Source of the DNA: Patescibacteria group bacterium
Lineage (GTDB): Bacteria; Patescibacteriota; Microgenomatia; UBA1406; GWC2-37-13
Assembly: GCA_026416975.1 (NCBI GenBank)
Contig: JAOAEC010000001.1
Span: 1-57,384 of the forward strand
Length of the DNA stretch: 57,384 nucleotides
Direction of reading: 5' to 3'
Under the pieces are notes generated by a model. It worked only from the letters and a program-made list of their open reading frames with translations, was not told where the DNA came from and ran no database searches. The position numbers were made by a program, and so were the translations under genes. This document shows positions 1-8,026 of the stretch, one piece after another. Position 1 is the first letter of the stretch, and every line of letters starts with the position of its first letter.

Positions 1-514
1 GATTATAAGTGATATGATAAGCGCGGACCAAATGATCTGAAGCAGCTTTTGAAGCTGAGTAGGGCGAGCGGGGATTGTATGGAGTTTTTTCATTAAATTT
101 TTCTTTGGTATTAAGAGGCAAAGCTCCAAAAACTTCATCAGTTGAGATATGATGAAATCTAATTTTGCCGTTTTTTAAAGCTGCCTCAAGCAAAATATGA
201 GTGCCTTCAACATTGGTTTTAATAAATGGAGAAGCATCAAGAATTGATCTATCAACATGGCTTTCAGCAGCAAAATGAACAATGATATCAATTTTGTTAT
301 TTTTCAAAATTGAATCAACAACTTTAAAATCGCAAATATCTCCATGAATAAATTGATAATTTGAATTTTTTTCAACTGATTTTAAATTTTCAAGATTGCC
401 GGCGTAAGTTAATTTGTCTAAATTAATAATTTTGTCTTGAGGATATTTTTTAAGCCAATAAAGAATAAAGTTGCTACCAATAAAACCCGCTCCACCCGTT
501 ATCAAAAGTTTCAT
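1..514 (-). CDS. rfbB: dTDP-glucose 4,6-dehydratase (partial, runs off window start)
   Basis: Manual translation from ATG at 514: MKLLITGGAGFIGSNF...DKLTYAGN...HFAAESHVDRSI...HISTDEV; not in ORF track because truncated. Confidence 0.93.
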   Translation of the reverse strand, partial: MKLLITGGAGFIGSNFILYWLKKYPQDKIINLDKLTYAGNLENLKSVEKNSNYQFIHGDICDFKVVDSILKNNKIDIIVHFAAESHVDRSILDASPFIKTNVEGTHILLEAALKNGKIRFHHISTDEVFGALPLNTKEKFNEKTPYNPRSPYSASKAASDHLVRAYHITYN

Positions 515-558
515 AAAAAACAATTATAACAAAATAAAATGATTGAGATGATAAAAAT

Positions 559-612
559 ATTATTTATTATTTGCTATTTAGTTATTACAAGTTAGCACAA
601 ATAATAAATAAT
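559..612. repeat. Perfect 15-bp inverted repeat
   Basis: ATTATTTATTATTTG (559-573) is the reverse complement of CAAATAATAAATAAT (598-612). Confidence 0.75.
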
Positions 613-631
613 GACAATTAAAAATTAATAA

Positions 632-799
632 TTAGAAATTTAATAGAAATTAGAAATTGAAAATTAGAAATTAATTTATTAGCTAGTAGATAGTAGTTAA
701 CATTTATGATTTAAAATTTAAAGATTGTTTCGAATTTCGAAATTCGAATTTCGGATTTATTTTATTTAAAGTTTAGGGTTTAGGATTTAGAGTTTTAAA
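632..799. repeat. Mosaic of degenerate 7-bp tandem arrays
   Basis: (TAGAAAT)n at ~633-671, (TTCGAAT)n at 729-758, TTTAAAG-TTTAGGG-TTTAGGA-TTTAGAG at 765-792. Confidence 0.85.
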
Positions 800-830
800 A
801 TTAGTATTAAGTATTAAGGGATTTTTTTTG

Positions 831-878
831 TTTCATGTTTCATGTTCTAAGTTCTACGTTCCACGTTCTACGTTAATG
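831..878. repeat. 7-bp tandem array downstream of mazG-like gene
   Basis: TTTCATG TTTCATG TTCTAAG TTCTACG TTCCACG TTCTACG. Confidence 0.9.
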
Positions 879-882
879 TTAT

Positions 883-1215
883 TTAAACTTTCGGTTTTAT
901 TTTTCTTCTTTTTATTTTTCTGATGGAATATAAAATCGCTTTATTTAAATCAATATTTTTAATTCTGGCAAAACGAAGAATAGCTACTAAGATATCACCT
1001 AATTCTTTTTCATAAGTTTCATCTTTTTGGGCAGCAATATTGGTGGGTTTTCGGCCATGAGCGGCTAAATATGCTCGTGCCATCTCGCCCACTTCTTCAA
1101 CTAAAGACAAAATCAACATTGAACCATATTCTTGTGAATGTTTCCATTCGCGATCAATATCCTCTAACTTTTTGTAATAACGACCAAAGATTGAAGTAAT
1201 TTTTTTGCTTTTCAT
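883..1215 (-). CDS. MazG-like nucleotide pyrophosphohydrolase
   Basis: EEVGE...ELGD acidic motifs; start moved to MKSKK (ATG 1215), which has TATAAT 6 nt upstream. Confidence 0.82.
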   Translation of the reverse strand: MKSKKITSIFGRYYKKLEDIDREWKHSQEYGSMLILSLVEEVGEMARAYLAAHGRKPTNIAAQKDETYEKELGDILVAILRFARIKNIDLNKAILYSIRKIKRRKIKPKV

Positions 1216-1256
1216 AAGGTTATTATAACTTATTATCGAATAAAATGCCTTTATTG

Positions 1257-1298
1257 TTTTATGTTTCAAGTTCTACGTTATAAGTTTCATGTTATAAT
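1257..1298. repeat. 7-bp tandem array, same family as 831-878; last unit contains a -10 box
   Basis: TTTTATG TTTCAAG TTCTACG TTATAAG TTTCATG TTATAAT. Confidence 0.85.
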
Positions 1299-1304
1299 TT
1301 TTTT

Positions 1305-2012
1305 ATGTCCCAACAAGATTTATTTTCTAATAATAATTTTACTTTAGAAAAAAATCATAAAAAAAAGATAAAATGGCTTTCTCATTCAGCAATTGAAGAA
1401 TTAAATCGTTGTCCGCGTTGTTTTTGGTTGTCTTATAAAGAGGGAATTAAGCTACCTGAGGGAATCCAATCTCGTTTAGCTAATCGCTTTGATAGTATTT
1501 TAAAAAAATATTTTAACACTTATCGAAATCAAGATAGATTACCTCCCTTAATTGAAGGAAAAATAAAAGGGAGATTAAAAAAACCATTTAAAGAAACATT
1601 TTTTTATAAATTTAATGATGATTTTGGTTTTTATGGAAAATTAGACGAATGCTTAGTTAACGAAAATGGTGATCATATTCCTGTTGATTTTAAGACTGCT
1701 TCATCTGATCCTCGAGAAAAAGAAATTTTATCCGCCTATCAGAATCAGATTGATGAGTATTTATTTTTACTTGAGGAAAATGGTTTAAAAGTGGCTAATT
1801 TTGGTTATTTAATTTATTTTTTTCCCGAAATGACAGTTGAGTTATCTGATGGTTTTCCCATGATTATTCATATTGTTAAAATTGAAAGAAAAATAAAAGA
1901 TATTAAAAAACGGATCGAAAAAGCGGTTAATATTCTTCAGGGTCTTTTGCCTAAATCCGCTGATGACTGTATTTATTGTCGATGGTTTGAAAAAGTTAAG
2001 GGATATTATTAA
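1305..2012 (+). CDS. PD-(D/E)XK nuclease family protein (Cas4/RecB-like, Cys ligands)
   Basis: LSHS..CPRCFW, GKLDE, VDFKT, QxxxY, C-terminal CIYC. Confidence 0.85.
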   Translation: MSQQDLFSNNNFTLEKNHKKKIKWLSHSAIEELNRCPRCFWLSYKEGIKLPEGIQSRLANRFDSILKKYFNTYRNQDRLPPLIEGKIKGRLKKPFKETFFYKFNDDFGFYGKLDECLVNENGDHIPVDFKTASSDPREKEILSAYQNQIDEYLFLLEENGLKVANFGYLIYFFPEMTVELSDGFPMIIHIVKIERKIKDIKKRIEKAVNILQGLLPKSADDCIYCRWFEKVKGYY

Positions 2013-3241
2013 TAATTTAATAATTTATTTTTTTTATTAATCAAATCTTCCAAAATTTTCCAACGCTTTTTTTTGACTTCATAAGGGACATCATCTTTCA
2101 TTACTTTTGTTGCTGCTGCCATTGGTCGAGGAGAGTACATGGCAATATAGGTTTTTTCAAAACCTACTTTTTTGCATAAATTAACTGTATTTTGAAATTC
2201 TTTATCAGTTTCTCCACAAAAGCCAACAATAATATCAGTGGTAAATTTTACCTCGGGGATTTTTTTTCTAATTTTTTCAATTAATTTTAAATATTCTTTT
2301 GCGGTATACCAACGATTCATCCGTTTTAGCACGTTGTCATCACCCGATTGAACTGGTAAATGAATTGTCCGAGTGATATTTTTATATTTAGCAATCACCT
2401 CAATTAACTCATCGGAAAAATCCCAGGGGTTAGAGGAAATAAAGTCAACCTTTTCAAAACCAAGTTTTGCGATTTCCTCAAGTAAATACGGAAAAAGAGT
2501 TGGAATACGATAACGACCTAAATGCTTGACGTAAATAGGTTTAAGTTTAGAAATCTGAAATTCTAAATCCGAAGCTTGAAACAAATTCGAATTTTTAAAA
2601 CGTTTAGAATTTTGGTCATTTGGATTTTGAATTTGTTTCGAATTTCGATATTCGAATTTCGAATTTTTTATTAAATCAGCACCATAAGAATTAACATTTT
2701 GTCCCAAAAGAGTGATTTCTTTATAACCTTTATTTTTTAAACCAATTGCTTCTTTGATAATATCTTCAAAAGGCCGGCTTATTTCTCGACCTCTTGTAAA
2801 AGGAACAACGCAGTAGCTACAAAAATTATTACAACCATTTGATATTGGTATCCAAGCATGAGTTTTGTCAGTTCGAAGTGGAGCAAAGTCAAAGCCAACT
2901 TCTTCAATTGGCATAAACTCATCAACCTCAGGCATTCGTTCTTTGAGAATTTTTAAAAGTTTTCCGGTTTTATCACGCAATGCTAATCCAACCATGCAGC
3001 CAGTAACAATAATTTTCAATTTAGAATTTTCATTTTTCAATTTTGATAGATTTCTTACTAATCCATAAACTCTATCCTCAGCTGATTGACGAACCATGCA
3101 GGTGTTAATAACAATATAATTAGCGTCGTTATAGCCTTTTGCCGATATCATTCCTCGAGCTTCAAATGAAGCAACAATTCTTTCTGAATCAGCTTTATTT
3201 TGCTGACAACCAAAGGTTTTAATGAAATATCTTAGTTTCAT
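2009..3241 (-). CDS. miaB: MiaB-type radical SAM tRNA methylthiotransferase (no TRAM domain, internal insertion)
   Basis: TFGCQQNKADSE, NTCMVR, GCM, CNNFCSYC, LLGQNVNSYG, HLPVQSG, YSPRP. Confidence 0.85.
   Translation of the reverse strand: MKLRYFIKTFGCQQNKADSERIVASFEARGMISAKGYNDANYIVINTCMVRQSAEDRVYGLVRNLSKLKNENSKLKIIVTGCMVGLALRDKTGKLLKILKERMPEVDEFMPIEEVGFDFAPLRTDKTHAWIPISNGCNNFCSYCVVPFTRGREISRPFEDIIKEAIGLKNKGYKEITLLGQNVNSYGADLIKNSKFEYRNSKQIQNPNDQNSKRFKNSNLFQASDLEFQISKLKPIYVKHLGRYRIPTLFPYLLEEIAKLGFEKVDFISSNPWDFSDELIEVIAKYKNITRTIHLPVQSGDDNVLKRMNRWYTAKEYLKLIEKIRKKIPEVKFTTDIIVGFCGETDKEFQNTVNLCKKVGFEKTYIAMYSPRPMAAATKVMKDDVPYEVKKKRWKILEDLINKKNKLLNY
2551..2666. repeat. Palindromic heptamer element inserted in frame in miaB
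   Basis: Imperfect ~43-nt inverted arms with perfect core GAAACAAATTC (2578-2588)/GAATTTGTTTC (2629-2639); 2633-2666 matches intergenic 725-758 at 32/34 nt. Confidence 0.85.
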
Positions 3242-3293
3242 GGATTTATTTTATCAAAAGAAAAACAAAAAAATTTTTGGTAAAATTAAAACT

Positions 3294-3659
3294 ATGGGTT
3301 CAAAAATCAAAGATTGGAAAAAATTTTTTGAAAAAGGAAAAAAAATAATTCTGGTTACTTCATCAAAAGCAGGTTTACCCAATGCCAATATTGTTATATC
3401 GCTAGGTTTCTATAACAGCAAAATTTTAATTGCTGATTGTCAAATGATAACAACAATAAAAAACTTAAAGGAGAACCCTTTTATTTGTCTTATTGGTGGT
3501 TATTTTAAAATTAAAGGTAAAGCTGAGATTTTTACTAAAGGAAAATATTTTAACATCTGTGTTAGAGAAAACAAAGACTATCAAGTAAAACACGCAATTT
3601 TAATCTCAATAGAAACGATTTTTGATTTAGATAAGGTAAAAAAATTCTGTAAAAATTAA
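3294..3659 (+). CDS. Pyridoxamine 5'-phosphate oxidase-like FMN-binding split-barrel protein
   Basis: LVTSSKAGLPN, T.KNLKENP, KIKGKAEI pattern; start moved to ATG 3294 to avoid overlap with miaB. Confidence 0.75.
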   Translation: MGSKIKDWKKFFEKGKKIILVTSSKAGLPNANIVISLGFYNSKILIADCQMITTIKNLKENPFICLIGGYFKIKGKAEIFTKGKYFNICVRENKDYQVKHAILISIETIFDLDKVKKFCKN

Positions 3660-3665
3660 TTTTTT

Positions 3666-4128
3666 ATGAAGATAAATTTTATTTACTCAAAAATTTATTT
3701 TAAGTCTTTAAATAGGTTTAATCGGATAACAAGAAGTTGGGAAGAGGTTAAAAAAATAGGAAGAGCTTTTGAAAAAAAATATCAAGATGAGATTAAAAAA
3801 ATAACAGAAATTATTCCAAAAATTATTAAAAAACCTTGGCGGAGAGATTATTTTGAGGTTTATTTAGTTGACTGGAACGGCCCAAGTTTTTCTCATCCAT
3901 TGACTTTAAAAGTTAGAGAAGATTTGCTTTTAATGCTGGTTATTTTAGTCCACGAACTGCTTCATGATTTTTATTTTTTTAGAGATAAAAATATTAAAAA
4001 AGTAGAAAAAAGAGATTAATAATATTGTTAAAGAAGTGTTTAGAAGATTAAAAATAGACATTAATCAGCAGTTCAAATTTTTAGAAGAAATCTATAAGAA
4101 TAGATTTGAGATAAAAAATAAAACTTGA
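3666..4128 (+). pseudogene. HExxH-motif hypothetical protein with apparent +1 frameshift at A-run 4006-4011
   Basis: ORF 3666-4019 has VHELLH; +1 frame continues EINNIVKEVFRRLK... to TGA 4126-4128; may be a sequencing error. Confidence 0.55.
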
Positions 4129-4220
4129 TAATAAAAATAAAGACTTTGAAGTTTGTTTAGAATATTGTTTCAAATAACAAAACACAAGTAATAATATTAA
4201 AGAAAAGTTAAAGACTAAAA

Positions 4221-4625
4221 TTAAAAGATTTGATTAACCATCTTGTCTGCTTCTTTGTTTTTTTCGCGGGGAATTTGTTTGTAGACAATTGGCAGATTAA
4301 TTTCTTGTTCTAAAATTTTAATTTTTAAAATATACTCTTTTATTTTTCCATTTTTTATCTTATAAAAACCATTCACTTGATTAATCAAAAGCTGAGAGTC
4401 GCTGTGAAAAATTATTTTATCAATAGCGTATTGATTTTTTATTTCTTTTAATTTTTCCAAAGCAAAAATCAACGCTTGATACTCGGCATCATTATTGGTA
4501 GCGACTCCAATTGGTTGATGATGTTGCAAAATTTTTTTACTTTTTATAAAAAAAACAACGCCAATCGTTGCTGGTCCAGGATTGCCTTTTGAGCCACCAT
4601 CGGTATAGATCTTTAAAGTTGTCAT
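4221..4625 (-). CDS. rnhA: Ribonuclease HI family protein
   Basis: YTDGGSKGNPGPA, TNNDAEY, SDSQL, REKNKEAD. Confidence 0.9.
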   Translation of the reverse strand: MTTLKIYTDGGSKGNPGPATIGVVFFIKSKKILQHHQPIGVATNNDAEYQALIFALEKLKEIKNQYAIDKIIFHSDSQLLINQVNGFYKIKNGKIKEYILKIKILEQEINLPIVYKQIPREKNKEADKMVNQIF

Positions 4626-4653
4626 AGTTTATAGTTTATTATAAAATTTTTTT

Positions 4654-5337
4654 ATGAAAAAGGTGGTTTTAATTACTGGCGGTAGTGATGGTTTGGGTAA
4701 AGAGATAGCTAAAGTTTTAAAGGATAATTATCAAGTAGTGATCGTTTCTTCTAATTTAGAACGTTTAAAAAAAACTGCTGAAAAGTTGGGTGTTGCGTAT
4801 TTTTTATGTAATATCGTTGATTTTAATCAATGCGAAGAAACAGTTAAAAAAATAATTAATAAGTTTGGAAAAATTGATGTTTTGATAAACAATGCCGGCG
4901 TCTGGATTGAGGGAGCATTGGAAAATAATAATGATTTTCAAATAAAAAAAACAATTGAGATTAATTTAATAGGTCAGATCTTTATGACTAAATCGGTTTT
5001 GCCGCTGATGAAAAAAAATAAAGCCGGAACAATTATTTTTATCAATTCACGAGCCGGATTAAAAACAAAAGGAAAAAGAACAGTTTATAATGCCACCAAA
5101 TGGGGTTTAAGGGGATTTGCCGAATCATTAGAAGAAGAGATTGCTAATGATAAAATAAAAGTAATCTCTTTTTATCCGGGAAAGATGAGAACTAGTTTTT
5201 TTGAAAAAGCGGGAGTAAAAAAAGATTTAAGGGATGCTTTTAACCCTTTTTATTTAGCTAAACTAATAAAATCTATTTTAGATCTACCAAATAAGATAAT
5301 TGTTTTTCAAGCAGGAATGAAAGAAATTAACGATTAA
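4654..5337 (+). CDS. SDR family oxidoreductase
   Basis: TGGSDGLG, NNAG, YNATK. Confidence 0.92.
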   Translation: MKKVVLITGGSDGLGKEIAKVLKDNYQVVIVSSNLERLKKTAEKLGVAYFLCNIVDFNQCEETVKKIINKFGKIDVLINNAGVWIEGALENNNDFQIKKTIEINLIGQIFMTKSVLPLMKKNKAGTIIFINSRAGLKTKGKRTVYNATKWGLRGFAESLEEEIANDKIKVISFYPGKMRTSFFEKAGVKKDLRDAFNPFYLAKLIKSILDLPNKIIVFQAGMKEIND

Positions 5338-6388
5338 CTTTTTTTACTTTCTCAATTAAAACAATAAAGATTAATAAAACTATTCCAATAGTCAAAAAAG
5401 CGATTAATTTTTCCTTACCTTTTAAGAATAGAGCACTAATTCCTAAAATAAAAGAGACCAACCAATAAAAAATAGCGATTCTTCTTCTTCCCCAACCAAT
5501 TTCAAGCAACCGATGATGAAAATGACCCCAGTCAGCTCGAAAAGGCGACTTTTTGTTTTTTAATCTTCGTAAAATAGTGTAAAAAGCGTCAATCATTGGT
5601 ACTGATAAAATTAAAATAGCGGTTCCTAATTTTCCAAAAGATAAAATAGACAAAACTCCTAAAAAAAACCCGGCTAAGGCGCCACCACCATAACCAGGTA
5701 TGATTTTTTGGGGATAAAAATTCCAAGGCAAAAATCCCAGAAAAGCGCCGCTAACAATAAAAGAAAATATTGTTACTGCCTGAATCGAGATATCATGACT
5801 GCTAAATCTTTGCGAAAGCAACCCTAAAAAAAGGCCGGCAATAGCGACAAAACCGGGCAGTTGGCCATCAACGCCTTTACTCCAATTAACCATATTAACA
5901 ATCCATACCAACCAGATAAGAGCCAAAAGATCAGCTAATAACCAAATCTTTTTTAAACCAAAAATGTTAATAGTAATTTGCGGTTGACTAAGATTAATAA
6001 TTCCGCCAAAAGGATGAGAAATATAAGGAATTCCCAATCCGAAACCAATAGCAATACCGCAGATAAGAAAGTTAAGAAAAAAACGAAGATAAGGAGACAG
6101 ATCATAATAGTCATCAAAAAGACCTAATAAAAGAAGAAAAAAACTAGCAATAAGAATTCCTAAAACTATTTTGTTAAGAGGAATAAAAATTAAAGTCGTT
6201 ATTAAAACAGAAATATAAATTGGTAAACCGCCAGCTCGAGGAATTATTCCTTGATGGGTATGAGCCGGATGCTTTCTTTTTTTTCTGTCAGTGACTAAAT
6301 TTAACTTTTTAGCCAAGAAAATTGTTGGTAGAGTAAGAAAAAAAGAAAGAAAAAAGGCAATGAAAAAAATTTCCAAAAACAAAACCAT
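5327..6388 (-). CDS. MraY/WecA/TagO family polyprenyl-phosphate sugar-1-phosphate transferase
   Basis: PRAGG, GLFDD, N..N...GVDG, FLPWNFYP, HFHHRLL; multi-TM. Confidence 0.88.
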   Translation of the reverse strand: MVLFLEIFFIAFFLSFFLTLPTIFLAKKLNLVTDRKKRKHPAHTHQGIIPRAGGLPIYISVLITTLIFIPLNKIVLGILIASFFLLLLGLFDDYYDLSPYLRFFLNFLICGIAIGFGLGIPYISHPFGGIINLSQPQITINIFGLKKIWLLADLLALIWLVWIVNMVNWSKGVDGQLPGFVAIAGLFLGLLSQRFSSHDISIQAVTIFSFIVSGAFLGFLPWNFYPQKIIPGYGGGALAGFFLGVLSILSFGKLGTAILILSVPMIDAFYTILRRLKNKKSPFRADWGHFHHRLLEIGWGRRRIAIFYWLVSFILGISALFLKGKEKLIAFLTIGIVLLIFIVLIEKVKKVNR

Positions 6389-6394
6389 AATTTT

Positions 6395-6697
6395 TTAAGC
6401 GATTAAAGTGATAATTTTTATAAAAATTAATGGAACAACAATTATAAGAAATAAATTTAAATAACTAAGAATTTTTTGAATAAGAGGATTTTCTTTAAAA
6501 AATTTTTTACTAACAAAATTATTGATAAAAACAAAAAAATTTAAAAAAAAAGGAAGAAAAAAAATCATCCAGAGGTCGGCCAAACGATCTTCTCCCCAAA
6601 GTTTTGAATAAAATAAAGGAATTTGTGGCGGAAGACGATTAATTTTTAATATAAAAATTAAAAAAATAATTAAGTTGGCGCAAATTAAAAATATCAT
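6395..6697 (-). CDS. Small 3-TM membrane protein (DUF1648-like)
   Basis: LPPQIPLFYS..WG motif between hydrophobic helices. Confidence 0.6.
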   Translation of the reverse strand: MIFLICANLIIFLIFILKINRLPPQIPLFYSKLWGEDRLADLWMIFFLPFFLNFFVFINNFVSKKFFKENPLIQKILSYLNLFLIIVVPLIFIKIITLIA

Positions 6698-6700
6698 ATT

Positions 6701-8026
6701 TTAGTAAACTGATTGAATATCAAATGAGCCATTGTCTTTTAAAACAAAAGCTTTTTTAGGATAAATAGGTAAATAATTAACAATCTTTTCCGCTGGAATC
6801 AAGATTTTCCCAACATAAGAAGGAATTTCTTGATAGCTTTTATTATAGATAAAAACCCTATTTTCATCAAAATAATATTGAGCCGTGTGAAAATCAAGTT
6901 CATTAGTGACATATAAAAGATCATCCTTTTTTGCCAAGATTTTTATTTCTCTAACAATTTTTTTAAAATCAGTTTTTTTTTGATATTTAAGTTGGAGTTT
7001 TTGGTAAGAAAAAGAAAGAAAAAATAAGAGAGAAATTAAAACAATTTTTGATTTTAAATTAAGATTTTCAATAATAAAAATTAAAAACAATAAAAGACCA
7101 ATGGTTGAAAAAATTAAATAACGGGGTAAAAAAATTGGTTTAATAAAAGAAATTAATAAAACAAATAAAGGAATGATTGTTGCCCATAAAAACAGCATTT
7201 GAAAAAGATATTTTTTTTCTTGAGATAGTTTTTTATAGTAAATAAAAATTCCTTTAATTAAAATCATTGTTGTAAAAAGAGAGATTATTAAAAGTGATTT
7301 TTTAAATTCTTTGATAATAGTTGAGGGATAAAACGACATATCATTACCAGTAAAAATAATTCCTAGAAAGTTTTTTAACTCAACCATGGTTGGTTTTTTT
7401 ATCCAAAAAGAAACGCTAAATTTATTTTTAAAAACAAAAAAAATTAACCACGGCAGAAACAATAAAAATGACAAAAATATTGTTTTAAAAGTTAAAAAAC
7501 GATGTTTTTTTTTAGATAAAAAAGAAATAATTAATTGGTTAAAAAAAACCAAGATCATGAAATAATGAGTATAAAGACCGGCAATTAAAGAAAAAAGATA
7601 AAGTTTTTTATGATGGAAGAAAAAACTATAAAAAGAGAGAGTGGCAAAAAAAGCTAACATTGTATACATACGAGCCTCAAATGCATAATAAACAAAAGCA
7701 GGATTAATGGCGATTAATAAAAGATAACAGATTATTTGCCAAGAAGATTTAATTTTAAAAACTTTGGTAAGAAACAAAAAAATAAGATAAATAGTCGCCC
7801 AGTAAAAAATTAAAGAAAGCGTTCTTAAAGCAATTTCTGATGGGCCAAAAATTTTTATCCAAAAATGAAGAAAAAAATAATATAAAGGTGGATTAAAGTC
7901 AGCGGCGGTTAAGGAGATAATTTCTCCAAGATTTTTTTTAGCTAAAAGATAAGAAAAAGCCTCGTCTCGCCAAAAGCTTTGAACAAGAAAAAAAAGTGGC
8001 GTTTTGGTAAAAAGCCAGTTAATCAT
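6701..8026 (-). CDS. GT-C fold membrane glycosyltransferase (PMT/ArnT-like)
   Basis: W.DE, D..PPLYY, R..S, EARMY, PRY motifs; many TM segments. Confidence 0.85.
   Translation of the reverse strand: MINWLFTKTPLFFLVQSFWRDEAFSYLLAKKNLGEIISLTAADFNPPLYYFFLHFWIKIFGPSEIALRTLSLIFYWATIYLIFLFLTKVFKIKSSWQIICYLLLIAINPAFVYYAFEARMYTMLAFFATLSFYSFFFHHKKLYLFSLIAGLYTHYFMILVFFNQLIISFLSKKKHRFLTFKTIFLSFLLFLPWLIFFVFKNKFSVSFWIKKPTMVELKNFLGIIFTGNDMSFYPSTIIKEFKKSLLIISLFTTMILIKGIFIYYKKLSQEKKYLFQMLFLWATIIPLFVLLISFIKPIFLPRYLIFSTIGLLLFLIFIIENLNLKSKIVLISLLFFLSFSYQKLQLKYQKKTDFKKIVREIKILAKKDDLLYVTNELDFHTAQYYFDENRVFIYNKSYQEIPSYVGKILIPAEKIVNYLPIYPKKAFVLKDNGSFDIQSVY

Noticed and set aside
765..799. Telomere-like TTTAGGG
   Set aside because: Only one exact copy within a degenerate heptamer array; coincidental
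540..2012. CRISPR array near the Cas4-like gene
   Set aside because: Repeats are 7-bp tandem units without unique spacers; no cas1/cas2
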